DNA from: Negaprion brevirostris
Taxonomy: Eukaryota
NCBI GenBank assembly: GCA_030324005.1
Contig: JARDVH010000099.1
Coordinates: 44,468,291-44,532,290, forward strand
Length of the DNA stretch: 64,000 nt
Direction of reading: 5' to 3'
A program made the translations under genes and the position numbers. Of the stretch, positions 35,086 to 47,443 are shown piece after piece; the stretch's first letter is position 1, and each line of letters begins with the position of its first letter. Under the pieces are notes generated by a model. The model ran no database searches. It saw only the letters and a program-made list of their open reading frames with translations, and was not told the origin of the DNA.

Positions 35086-36547
35086 ACACTCTACTGACTG
35101 ACTTGCATCAGTTTAGATTGCCAAAATATAATAGCAGTTTGTCTTTGCATTATTGGATACTCTTGTCCTTTTAAACAATTCGAAAGAGATCCCCAAATTT
35201 TCCAGAGAATAAAATAAATGGGCCAATCATTTGAAGAAAATATAGCAAATTAGTCATTGTGAGGTAGACACTTTTCTCTGCTTGATCTACATCACTGCAT
35301 TGTTACGAGACAATGTTCAATGTGAAACACGTCCAAAAGCCCATCAATGACTAAGTACTATCCTTTAAATATGACATTAACATGCACCTTTATAGAGGAT
35401 ATTCTTTGTTTTATCTGAAGTGGAACAGTTTGTGTAGGANNNNTTATTTCTGATGCTCTGACACAAGTGTCTTATTTGGCTTAGTGTTTGATATGCTCAT
35501 TATTTTCTTCTGTCTGAGGATTACACTGGAAATTATTTGCCGAGAATGATATCATAATGGTTGCAGTGTCTAGTCTTCCCAAAGAATGAAGCCTTTTTCA
35601 TAATAGTGCAGTTGTAACAAGGTGCACTCTGAAAAAAATATTTTTTTTCAAATAATAACTACAACCATATTTTCAGTGGAAATATTTTTTTTACATCACT
35701 TGACATTTATGCGCACAATAGGATGGATTAATCATGTACTGAATTGTGTTTTCAGAGTCTCCACACCATTGAACAGAAGGTAGCAGTGAATGACAGCTAA
35801 AGGACAGGATTTAGAAATAGAACAAAGATATGTGGTTAAGTCATTTTGCAGATGGATAATAGCTGCTGGGCAGGGGCTGCCTATACAATAGACTGAAATA
35901 TGTCATTGCTTTGAACATTGTTACTAACAATTCAACCTCTTCAAAGCAACACTGACAGTATTGTACTTGTAATAGGAAAGTATAAGGCTTTCATATCTTT
36001 AATAGCAGTTGAAGCTTTTTTCCCCAAAGCACTTGTTGTGAATGTTCTGTTTGAACTAACATTGGAAATTCACAACATACAATTACCAGCACCCAAGCTG
36101 TTTTCTAACTAATCATAATGTGATGGAAAGTAGAATCATTCTTCATCAATTTAAGGTTCTGGGTAGATTTCAAAACAGAATATTTGAATAGATAGATAGC
36201 AAATTGAAGTCAGACAAGATAAGCCAGCTTAAGTGCAAAAATGTCTTTGTATTGAACCTTGTGATTGTCTCTGGATTTTTATCATTAAATCAAAATTATC
36301 ACTACCATTTCATATTAAAGCAGAACAATTATTTTAAAGATATCAGTTTCTATCTATTAATATATTATTTAAACTCTCATGTGCAGAAATTTGTTTGTAT
36401 AATACCGTTTCTAGCAACAGACTTAAGTCCCACAGGCATTTTCCATTGATATAATTGGAGAATGCCACGTGGGCCATGAAAGTAGCAAACCTTGGTACTT
36501 TCTAGCCACAGGGAATCATTGGTCCATAATTTCCTGGTTCCTCAGCA

Positions 36548-36633
36548 TTAGGGGTTTAGCAAGGTAAATATGTGGAGTTGTGGGAATAGGACCTGGGTGG
36601 GATTGTTGTCGGTGCAGACTCGAAGGGCCAAAT
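36548..36633 (+). mobile_element. HE1 SINE 3' fragment
   Basis: gtaaatatgtggagttgtgggaataggacctgggtgggattgttgtcggtgcagactcgaagggccaaat. Confidence 0.8.
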
Positions 36634-36869
36634 CTCATCAAATTTCACACACACACGGACAGGCAGGTTTGTTTTCTTTTTGAAAGGGCTGGCCATTTAA
36701 ATAACCTGACAGCTTGAAAGTTCTTCAGACCTTATCCACCTTCCTTTACCCCCAATATGTAACTCACAAATTGCTGGGTAAGTTCCTTTCTATAGCGAAA
36801 ATGGGTCTGTTCAAACTCAGCACTGGCTCTGCTGAATTCAGACTTCCCTCAAGTGTGAGCCACATCCAG

Positions 36870-36938
36870 TTTCTTCCTTGAATTCCTTCTGCCTAAACAA
36901 TGCTGCATTGTTTAGGCAGAAGGAATTTAAGGAAGAAA
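36870..36938. repeat. 69-bp near-perfect palindrome (34-bp arms, 1 mismatch, 1-nt spacer)
   Basis: tttcttcctt-g-aattccttctgcctaaacaatgc-t-gcattgtttaggcagaaggaatt-t-aaggaagaaa. Confidence 0.97.
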
Positions 36939-38199
36939 ATCATACCCCCAACTCCACATCAAAATAATGGATCCATGGCAGTGTGATGTCAGAAAGGTAC
37001 AAATTACAACTGGCTTCCAAAGGTGTGTACATGGTAAGTACACTTCCAAGTGGATCTCTGAGGTGAGCACAGCGATCATGGAACAGCTGTGCATATTAAA
37101 GTACTCAGAGATACCAGCTCTGACTGAGGGTGCTAGCCTTTGGCTCAGGGATGTCGACCCTGACTGGAGGGGACCAGCTTTTGACATGGGGTGCCGGCTT
37201 TGATTTGAAGTGACCAGCTTTTGACTGGGGGCAACCAGCCTTTGATACAAGAGAGACTGGGGTAACACTGGAAGGGTTCTGGGGACAAAATCAGTGGATA
37301 TTAGAGGCGATAGGGGTAACAGAGGCCTAGTCAGGAGAGCCCAGAGGAAAGACTAGAGGGTGTTGGTGGATAGATTCCAGGGCCTGGGGTCCAGTTGTGG
37401 TAAATCGGAGAAAGACTGTTCTGTGAAAAGCGTGCCTTCTGCTGTGGGGCCATGGAAGAGCTCACAGAAGCAAGGGAAACCTGGAGCCAATGTGGCAGCT
37501 GAGTGGGTAGTCATTATCCTCAGATCTGGAGCAGATGTGGAGGCATGCTTCTGGAGACAAGATGTTGACAAGAACAAGGCTAATGAAAATTCATATCAGT
37601 GAACATTCCTCCTTTGCAGCTAAGACTATTCAACTGTTAAAAAGTGACATGCCTGGAGTCTCACTGCTCATGCAATTAGGCCCACTTAAGTACAATTTAT
37701 GTGTGTGAATGCCCCTAGTTGCTGCTCAGGAGTTAACCCTTGGGGCACTGACTGCCAAAATCACTGACTGCCATGTTGTGTCTGTACTACTGGCTGACTG
37801 GGAAAACAAATACATTCCCTTAGACAGTTTTCAATGACACACTGCCCAAGGACAGCACTCCTAACCCTCCCTGTGTACTGAGATGCATATTGACATGTGC
37901 CCCCAAGAACAAGTTGAGTGCAAAGCCTGGGAATGAAGCTTGGGACAATACTTGCACATGGGATGAGAGCTCACAGTGCAGTAGAGTGACCACATTTGTG
38001 GCCACTTGGTCACGTGGTGTGGGGCAAGGGTGGTGTGTGGTCTTTCCCAATGGGATTGTAAATAAAAGATTGGGAATCAACGTNNNNNNNNNNACGTAGT
38101 GGCCAGGACATGAATCAGTGGGCTTTGAAAGGCAGCTTCAGACATTTAATGGGAAAAGGCTGGTCCTTTGGAGACAGAAGCTAACTGTCAAGTCTTTCG

Positions 38200-39790
38200 T
38201 TTTGATACTTTAGTGAGGAAAACTTATGAAACACAGAGCCTGTTTGCACACTGTGCAACTGGAGCTTCTTAAACTTTCCAACCCTGCATCCATGTCTTGG
38301 TGCATCCCCAACATCAACAATGGAGGTGGAGGCAGCCTGTTTTCTGCCATGTTCTATTGTCTGTGATGACTTTGGTGAGCATCCTTTGGAAGGCTGAGAC
38401 TTGGAGGGCCCCAAACCTAGTTTTTTGGTCCTGCTGTATGCCTTACTACCCTCCTCAGCCTGAACAGTTGGACTTGATGTGGTCACAAGAAGAAGGATTT
38501 GAATGGTCAGAACACTCCTGGAGTCACCTGGGTGAATGGCCCCAGGTTGGGCACCAGCTGATCCTGCTCCCTATTGATGCCTGAGGGCCCTGGCTTCCTC
38601 CTTGGGATAGGGGAGGAGTTGTAGTGAGCTAGTATTGGCACTGATCCCAGCAAGTGCCTGCACCATGGAATGCATGTCCTGCAGCAGTGCAGAATTGAAG
38701 TCTTGCAACAATGTCGTCATGATAGCCATCACCTTTGCTATGATGCTCTTTTTGCATTGGAGTGTTGTCAATCACCTCTGACATAAGACAGATTGAATCC
38801 TTCATACAGCTTATCAATCCAAAGAGTGCACCAGAGACCCCTTTCTGACTTTTCTGAGTTTGCCTTTGGAGTTCCAGCAACTGAGGCATGACTGAGTCCA
38901 GAGACTTTGTCATCTGACTGCGAATCCAGGCCTTCAAAACAATCCAAGTGCCAACACCCTCGGACATCCCTGCTTCCACCTGCTGTAGATCAGACAGTTG
39001 AGGTGCTTACCAGATTGTGACCCTGAGGCTCCTCTAAAACTAGGTTCCACTGAGGTGTGTCTCTGCGATGATGGAGGGTGTTGGTGAGCACAGTGATGAC
39101 ACTTCAATGTTGGTCTCTGTGAATTCCTCTTCTGTTCTCAGGGCTGGGGTTGAGAACTTGGCTGGTGGACTCCATGGACTGCTTCTCAGATGTATCTGAA
39201 AAAATGCAGATGTTATTGCTACATGGTATGGGTTTTTTTGAAATGGGAGACTTGACTCACAGCATTGTTGTCTGATGAATGCTGTATTGCAGGAGTCTCA
39301 CTTGGTTTATCACCACCAACTTCACCATCAGTCAATGTCCTCCCTCTGCCATCTGTGATCTCTCCCTCTTCTGTGCCAGCTTCTATTTCATGAAAACAGA
39401 TAGAGAAAATGTAAGCATGTCAGGGCAGATGGTAAGGATGCCTGAAACGTGTGGATGGTGAGTGGGAGGCGTGAGGTGATGAGGATATGGTCACCTGTGT
39501 GTCTAAGAACAAGTGATAGCATTCCTTGAACTGGCAGTCAGTGAGATCCCTGTGGATGTATGATACGTGTGTGCATTGAGAATGATGAGAGTGAGTGCCC
39601 CTGGCAGAACAGAAGAGACTGTTCATCCTCCTCATTCACTGGATGGCTGCACTCTTCTGCAGGGCATTAGCACTGACCATTACTGTCATCGCTTTCCATG
39701 CTGGGTTTGCGACCTTGCTGGCTGGTTTTCCTACTGTGCTTGGATAGAGGACTGTATGAATCCAGGACCCTCTGTGGGGATGCATTTGAA
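38200..39790 (-). pseudogene. Harbinger Myb/SANT (trihelix; NAIF1/MSANTD-like) DNA-binding gene, three exon remnants
   Basis: Exon 1: VLYPSTVGKPASKVANPAWKAMTVMVSANALQKSAAIQ*MRRMNSLFCSAR (trihelix W...QC.KRMNDL pattern). Exon 2: KLA..RERSQ near 39300-39383. Exon 3 follows tttttcag at about 39195 and includes coiled-coil-like DSVMPQLLELQRQ. Confidence 0.8.
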
Positions 39791-40819
39791 AATTTGGGGG
39801 TGGATTTCTTGGCAGCCAACACTTCCTGATAACAATGTTAGCCCTGTTCAAGTATATCTATTTCCCAACTCTGCAGGCTCATATGCATTAACTTTATTTT
39901 TTTGGATCCAAATGTTTATTACCATGGAATCAAAAGTCGCAGGCTACATCTGCTCACCCTTCCCACTGTTCCCACCCCCCTTTCAAAAAGTGGTGATTGG
40001 ACACTGTCTTATCTTGCTGCAGGGTTACAAATTTGACCAGGTGGTTCAGCTTTGCATTGGCATTTCGTGCAAAATAGGGCAGACAAATCAAGCATGGAAG
40101 GATGTGATTCAATGCACAAAAGTAGTGATTGAACTTATGTAAAGGAAACATTATAAAAAAAGGTGAAGACAATAAAATACAAGTATGTCAAGGAAGAAAT
40201 AATAGAACTTGAATTGCAGGATAAACAGAGGGAGGAGACCATTGACAAAAACAAATGCATGAGAAAGGCAATGTTTTAAATAACTGAGAAATTGGAGAGA
40301 AGCATACAGCAATGGGTACATATGATCACTAGTTGGGAAATTCATGCCGTAAAATGATGGAAGAGAACAAAGAGAACTAAAATTAAATAAATAAAGAGGA
40401 GAGACAATTTCATTCCAAATAATTTTAAATATGGGACACACAGATGGTTCTCACTGGCGTCAATCCAACCTGTTCTGCAGTAACTGTCAATTTTTAAAAA
40501 TATGCATTTTAGAATTTTTCACTTATGTGAAAGCGCATTTTGAAACTACTGCAATTTTTGTAGTTAGGAAATTTTAGTTACTAAGCAATATTTTTCTAAC
40601 AAAAAACTGTTCTATGTATTAACTTGTGCATCAAAAGTAGGTAATGTAAATGTTTCCCCAGTTCACTACCTGTGTTCTTGTAAATGATATTACCATTTTG
40701 CTTATGCCTGAATGTGCTTTCCTTCCCTGTACTGTATAATGCTTACTTCAATAGTGAGCTATTGGTAATCTCCTAAGCATTATCCCCTTTTCACCCATCT
40801 CCAATACCTCTTGAATCAT

Positions 40820-41615
40820 TGGGAAAAATTTTGTTTGGAGCTGGGGAAAGCACTTAATCAGCCAGATGGGAGCACACCTCCATTTTTCCACCTCCATCCA
40901 GATTTAGTCCAGGACATGAAGGTACACTGTCAACCTTCCTTCCTGCCACCAAATGGGGACCTTAAACGGGCAATTAGTGACCACCAGNNNNNNNNNNNNN
41001 NNNNNNNNNNNNNNNNNNNNNNNNNNNNNNNNNNNNNNNNNNNNNNNNNNNNNNNNNNNNNNNNNNNNNNNNNNNNNNNNNNNNNNNTTTCCCAACTAGT
41101 GATCATATGTACCCATTGCTGTATGCTTCTCTCCAATTTCTCAGTTATTTAAAACATTGCCTTTTTCATGCAATTAGTGACCATTTAAGGGCCTGATATT
41201 GTGTATTAAACCAACAGTGAGTGGATTCATCAATATGAAGCATGAATGACAGGTGAACTTGTGCGGGCTTATGAATCTGACAACAGAAAGGAAGGCCTTC
41301 TGAGAGCTACATCCCTACCCTAGCTGCCAATGTCGCCTACACCCACAAGCCCATCCCATGGAATTCCTCCTGCTATTATATACTTGTGGCCTGGGTAGCT
41401 CTGCAATTCTGGGCTTTCAGTGGGTGTCCTTCCTGCAGCAGCTACGGTCTCATTTGTAGCTCAGCTGAGCACAGAGCTATAGGTCTCTGATTGCTCAGCA
41501 GCTCTCAGTGGGACAGAATTCTGCCCCAGGCACCTTGATTCCTGGGAAAAGTCCACTTCCTGTCTCCAACTGCTTGATTGGCTTGTGATTCAGTAAGTTT
41601 TTCCTGGAGGAGGCA
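40820..41615. mobile_element. Old non-autonomous DNA element containing an inverted templated insertion
   Basis: The family motif gggcaattagtgaccatttaagggcc has relatives at 26695-26740 and 47976-48000. The insertion is at 40984-41169. Confidence 0.45.
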
Positions 41616-41916
41616 ACTTAATTATTATTTGTATCAGTGCATTTATTTCTCAGAATGGCTTTACTTATACTTCCTTGCTGACTTGTTTGCCTATCCTGCA
41701 TTACACATTTTTCTCATTAAATTTTAAATGTTGAAGCTATTCATGCAGTTTGTACTATAGGGATCTGACATGGATATCTAACGTGTTCAAAATAACCATT
41801 GTATTGGGTAGTACCTAGCTTCACTCTAGAGAGAGCAGCAAACAATAATAATCACTTAAGGAACAATATATTGGGTAAAATATGGTACCTTTAAAGCATA
41901 GCAATGCTAAAGACTG

Positions 41917-42012
41917 AAATGGAGATGCCAGTATTGGACTGAGGTGGACACAGTAGGAAGCCTCACCACACCAGGTTAAAGTTCAACAGGTTATTTGGAA
42001 TCATGAGCCTTC
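41917..42012 (-). mobile_element. Penelope terminus fragment, same family as 15960-16254, truncated within the hammerhead
   Basis: atggagatgccagtattggactgaggtggacacagtaggaagcctcaccacaccaggttaaagttcaacaggttatttggaatcatgagcc. Confidence 0.75.
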
Positions 42013-42606
42013 TAAACAATGCATAGTGAATGGACATGCAAGTGTCATAGCTTGGCATGGGCTATGAAGTGGAATGGGTGGAGCGTGGAGTGGAATGGAT
42101 GAGGCATAGGGAATGTATGGCTTGTGGATGGGTAGGAGGGAGGATGGGGAGATGCACCCTGATGCTTGTGAAATGAATTGTCACAGTGCTGCAGTTGAGG
42201 CGGTGGGGGGAGGTGGGGTGCAGCAAAGCTTGCGGGGTAGTGCATGCTCTGATCCTTTTGGGGTGTGATGCTTACGCAGGGGCCTGCGGTTGGAAATTTA
42301 TTTCTATCGCTAATTGGGTGCCCTTTCAAGATGGCACCCCTATTTATGTGGAGTTGCTGTTGCCGACTCCATCTGGCTCCACTCCAACAGAGTGACAAAC
42401 CATGCCCCGTATTTTGTTTGCACGGAGTGCACTAAAATGTGGAGGGAAAACACGACTGTGCAGCTACAGAGTTGCAAGCCAGTTTTCTCACCTCAGCCAT
42501 CACTGACGGGAAAATCTCTTTCTTTGACTTTCATACAACCAACTATCTAATTTATTTTAAATGTTACTGCGTCTCTGCTTTTCTAATTCTGGTAATGTTT
42601 TCCACG

Positions 42607-42669
42607 GCTTCACAGTAACTTCATTGCAGTGTTAATGTAAGCCTTATTTGTGACTAATAAATAAACTTT
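42607..42669 (+). mobile_element. Isolated alternative SINE/LINE tail
   Basis: ttcacagtaacttcattgcagtgttaatgtaagccttatttgtgactaataaataaacttt. Confidence 0.8.
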
Positions 42670-44475
42670 ATGTTGTATTTAAAAGGGTCCTTCCATTCAT
42701 GGTGCAAAATCTTTTACATTTAATCTTTTTTTTGGTCTTATTGCAGGTAATTTAGGTAGCACCCTGTTCCTATTTGCTCTTCCCTACCCTTTTCTAATTT
42801 TACTTTATCATTTCAAACTCTTCTATCAAATCACACCTCATCTCATTTGTTGTGACAAAATCAATTTTTTTCAAGGAAAGCTCTCTCCATCTGAGGAGCT
42901 GGCAGTGCTCCTTCTCTTCCTGTTGTAATTTTTATGATTCTAATAATTGTCATTTTGAAGAAAGCTTTCCTTTTGTCCAATGGTACATTTATGAAGTCAA
43001 ATATTCATGAATTGATGTTGTAAATCTATACATAATCTGGTTGATTATGCTTGGTTGTAGCCTTCCATAGGAAGGGTATTGATATTATTTAAGGTATTGA
43101 ATTTCTTGTTGAAGGATCTGTCTTGCAAATGGCTGCTTTTTTTTAAGGTGCAGCAACATTTAGGAAAGGTGAAAGGCAAAGCTTATGAAGTAATTAACTA
43201 TTGTTAGTACTTTTGGAATCTATCATAATTTGCTATCTTATTGTATAGTAAAATTTCTGTCTGTTAGCTCACTGTAATGGTGGGCTTGCATGAATTCGTT
43301 CCAGTTTGATTTCTGCAAAAAGTCACTTCGGACAATGTTCTCGTGTTCCTTTTGGTTTTCCTCAGCTTTTGATTCATGCATGGGTCAATTTTGTCTGTGG
43401 TGTAAGTGCTGTTCATAATGTAATTTTTCTGAAAAATGGGTTTTTAACTTATTTAATTTACGAATTGTGGAGATTAAAATTGAACAGTTTCCAAATAACT
43501 ATCAATTTCCATATTTAATCCCATAAGTGCTGCTTATCCAAAAGACATTAAAAATGTTTTTTTTTAATTTGCTTAGNNNNNNNNNNAAGTATCTAAATTA
43601 GAAATATGTGCATATATCTTGTTTCTTCACTCCACAGATAAAATCTAACAATTATTAACTTAGAAGACTTTTGTTTTACTTTCCCCATTGTTGCTATAGT
43701 GACAGCCTTTGCAGACCTTTTGTGACTCTGGGTCCGACAATAGATGGTTCGGGGTCCTTTGCATTGCAGAACTTATTATTGTCCAGCTTCTACAGTTAGG
43801 ATCAATTTCATCTAATTTATTGCTGGCTGCAATATGGGGTAAATACCCTCTGTTCCTGGCATCATTAGCAAAGCGTCTGAGAAAGAGAGGAAAACCCTTG
43901 TTAAAAACATTAGGCTGAATGTTAGAACTGTCATGACTGCAAATGTCCAGGCAAACTGCACTGATAGATCACAAATCCAGACCGTTATTCATTTGGTTGC
44001 GTTTTATCATTTTTCTAATTCTATATGTTCTTCCCGCTGGTGTTTTAAGCCAATCTGAAGTGGTCTGCATAAGTTAGCCAGAGGTTTCATTTAAAAATAA
44101 TAATTTATTTAATATAAGCATTGTATGAAAATCATTCTGGATGAGATTCCACCCATCCCTAGTGAGCCTAAAGAAGGCTTTGTGCATGGTGGAATTTTTA
44201 AAGAATGGAACTTTCTAATTTGCAACTTTATATAATAATTTGGTAGGTTTTAAAATTTTTATTCAAAATAATTTCCTTTCTTATTCTCATTTGAAGAAAA
44301 TTAACCTGAATTTTAATCCTTGAGGTGGATAGCGGGAGTTGTTAAAATTACAGCCCTGGGAGGAAGTGTGATTTNNNNNNNNNNNNNNNNNNNNNNNNNN
44401 NNNNNNNNNNNNNNNNNNNNNNNNNNNNNNNNNNNNNNNNNNNNNNNNNNNNNNNNNNNNNNNNNNNNNNNNNNA

Positions 44476-45770
44476 CCCTGAATTTTCATCCTTGAGGTGG
44501 ATAGCGGGAGTTGGAAAAATTACAGCCCTGGGAGGAAGTGGGATTTTCTTTGTGAGGGCAGGTGATGTCTAGACTTGGGCCAGCTAAACACGGAGAAAGT
44601 TTGGAAGCAGGCATAGAGGCTGTAGGGCACAAGGTGGGCTGTTTAAAAGATCCACCTTGGTGCTGTAGGACTATGTCACAGTTAAAATAAGAACAGAAGG
44701 GCCCTCTAGCCTTCATCATCACTGCTCATCCACCTGCCAGACACTCCCCATGCCCCATCCATTCTACCTCATGCCCCATGCCAAGCTATGACACTTCATA
44801 CCCATTCACTACACATTATGTAGAAACAATGAATCCTATAGTGACTGTAGAATGTGTAAATAAATCCTTTTAAAAACATAATTTATTGACAACTTGCAGT
44901 TTTCTTTAAAACCAACCCCCCTTTACTAGAGGGCAGTAAAATGTCAATCACCCAGATGCTTTAAGTTTTAATAACTGAAACTGCAGGCATTTGAAATCAC
45001 TTAACATTGAGTAATTAGCAATTGTGTCATTGACAGATGCAGAGTTCTCAATCAAGCAAGTTTCAGTTTTTGAACCTTTAAAGGGTCTGGATGATTGACA
45101 CTTCTGTTGCATTATATTTAAAATGAGTTTTTTAAGTAAAATGAAAGTTCCCCAATGAATGATTGACTTTCTTAAGGCTTTTGTTTACTCATCCTCCTAT
45201 GTCACTATTGGATTCATTGGTTCTATAGAATGTATGATCAATGAATTGTCATGGAAGTGCTGGAATTTGGCTCGGAGGGCTTGAGGGACCAAAGATGTTT
45301 GGTGGACCTTACCTTGACACTAGAGCCATGAGGGGCCAGAAGGGTTGTTTGCAGAAATACCTTCGTATTGGTGGTGGTGAGGTGAGTGGGATGGTGGGGG
45401 GGAGTGGGTGTGGGGGGGGTGGCGTGGGGGCAATCATGAGGGTGGGGTGGCATAGGGTATGGCAAGGATCTTTCGAACTTACATTTTAAAAGATCCCCTT
45501 ATGCAGACTATTGTTCACAACTCTTCTGAGGTAGCATGAACCATAACTTATAAAAAATCTGACCCACTTCCATGAAACATGGAGAGGACAAGCATATGCA
45601 TATCCCCACAATGCATAGCCAGGTCAGGAGGGCAGGAGTGTGAAGTTGGAAGTGAATTCATGATTGGCATGTGTGAATGGTAATCACTTTTTCATTATTG
45701 TCTCCTAACCTCAAAGGTAAGGACATTTTGGAAATGGACAGAAAGAGTTCAACAGTTAAAATATCCCCCA
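44476..45770. mobile_element. Foldback-type non-autonomous element with long internal inverted arms centred near 45020
   Basis: 44820-44870 pairs with 45174-45226, and 44939-44983 pairs with 45056-45103. Termini CTGAATTTT / AAAATATCCCC. 42018-42080 is a related fragment. Confidence 0.7.
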
Positions 45771-46629
45771 CTATTTCTTCAGTCCAGGTCTATGTTTCAC
45801 TGGAAAGAAAATCTGCCCATTAGTAGGAATCAGAATGAAACAACATTGATAGAATAGAAGGATTATTTAACTATTCCCAATTTTGACTTCATTGCATCNN
45901 NNNNNNNNCTTGATTTTGAATTGGATCTGTGGAGTACTTACTAAGTTGCTGCACAGGAACAACATTTAAGCCAACTCACCATTGGTCACTTGTTGGGACC
46001 AGATGCCTATTTTACAATTTCCCCAATGTTATTCTTCATTAACTTGATGGAGAGTAAAATGATGTGGCATCTGAAACCAAACTTTCCTCAACCCTGTGTT
46101 TTTCCTATCCGGCCACTTTGGTTCCAAATTGCTAAAACAATATGGCGATCTCTTCCATCCAGGGATGTCTTTTCATGCCCTAGGTATGGTTGCCCGTGTA
46201 CTGAGTCTCTCAAAATAATTTTCTTTTCCTTAAGGGCAGTTTAATGATATCTTGAAAGTCAATGTTTGTGGCTGCACAACAAATGACTCATATCAATCAA
46301 ACTGTATGTCCTAATAACCATCAATAGAGTGACATTTATCACCACTCCTTGGGCTTCCAGTGAAAAAATATATTGAATTTTCCCTGAACAGAATCAATGG
46401 GTTCTATATTTTCAGCTTGATCAATTACTATGCCTGTTAATAATCCTTCCTCACTTCCCTAGCACCTTAAGGCCACATTGTATCACCTCCTAAATAGTAC
46501 AGGGCACATAGGTAGAAAGGACATTTTTTTGCACTGATGTTTAACAGTTATTCTTATTGAAGCTGCACTCTGCCTCTTCTGATAACTGTAACGTAATATT
46601 GACCTAACTTCTTTAAAAGATTTGGCCAT

Positions 46630-46821
46630 CAGCCAGAATTCTCCAGTTGTTCACGCCACAGGATTCTCCCACTGGCAGCACACCTCTGTCCATGGGTTTC
46701 TCGCTGGCATGGGGTGACTTCAATAGAAATTTCCACTGACAGCAGCAGGACTGGAGAATTCAACTGTGAGCAAACAATGCTGGTGGGAACACACGATTGG
46801 GCGGCCGAAGAATCTCATCCA
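46630..46821. mobile_element. About 190-bp MITE with Harbinger-type termini
   Basis: AGCCAGAATTCTCC ... GAAGAATCTCATCC, with internal GGATTCTCC / GGAGAATT repeats. Confidence 0.65.
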
Positions 46822-47167
46822 TGATCTATGAAATTAGCTACATGTAATGTATATTGGTGCAGGTTAGAGGCACATATTCATGTGCAGTGATATATGGATG
46901 CATTAATATGTGATCTATCAAGTTTCACTCATTTGGAGTGGCAGAAAATCCAGTGAAATGAAGGGCTCAGCTGAGTTTTTAAAATTAGTTTATTTTGATC
47001 TACTTCACAATTGACAATAATCAAAGATTCATTTCTTTAAATGGGTTTTCAACCTTTCATTCTTTTTGATTGCTTTGCAACTTCCAACGCCACTGTGATT
47101 TTGATAGCTGTAATTATTTACAATTTTCCATATTATTAACATTATTAACAAATTTTCCAATTTTCAG

Positions 47168-47443
47168 GTGGGTAGGGGAAGTAAAAGATTGGGCCCGGTG
47201 ATTGGGGACTCCATAGTTAGGGGGACAGATAGGAGAGTCAACNNNNNNNNNNNNNNNNNNNNNNNNNNNNNNNNNNNNNNNNNNNNNNNNNNNNNNNNNN
47301 NNNNNNNNNNNNNNNNNNNNNNNNNNNNNNNNNNNNNNNNNNGAATGGTTTAGGTTAGAGGGTCATTGCTTTTTTCTTAATTGGTCGGCGCAACATCGAG
47401 GGCCGAAGGGCCTGTTCTGAGCTGTAATGTTCTATGTTCTATA
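47168..47443 (+). mobile_element. CR1 LINE with an ORF1 esterase motif and 3' UTR either side of a 100-N gap (probably collapsed)
   Basis: VIGDSIVRGTDRR (CR1 ORF1 GDS motif) lies before the gap. gagggccgaagggcctgttctgagctgtaatgttctatgttctat lies after it. Confidence 0.88.

Larger units (their letters stand above)
36635..39845. mobile_element. Decayed PIF/Harbinger transposon (nuclease remnants on +, Myb/SANT gene on -, convergent)
   Basis: The + strand has TSKWISEVSTAI and ILKYSEIPALTEG, similar to HARBI1-type HKCIREVTDAL / ILRHSQVPALFEG; this match is weak. The - strand carries a Myb-like gene. Confidence 0.65.

Noticed and set aside
44304-44545. About 70-bp tandem duplication across a 100-N gap
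   Set aside because: It is most likely an unmerged overlap or two haplotypes. The few mismatches do not prove a real duplication.
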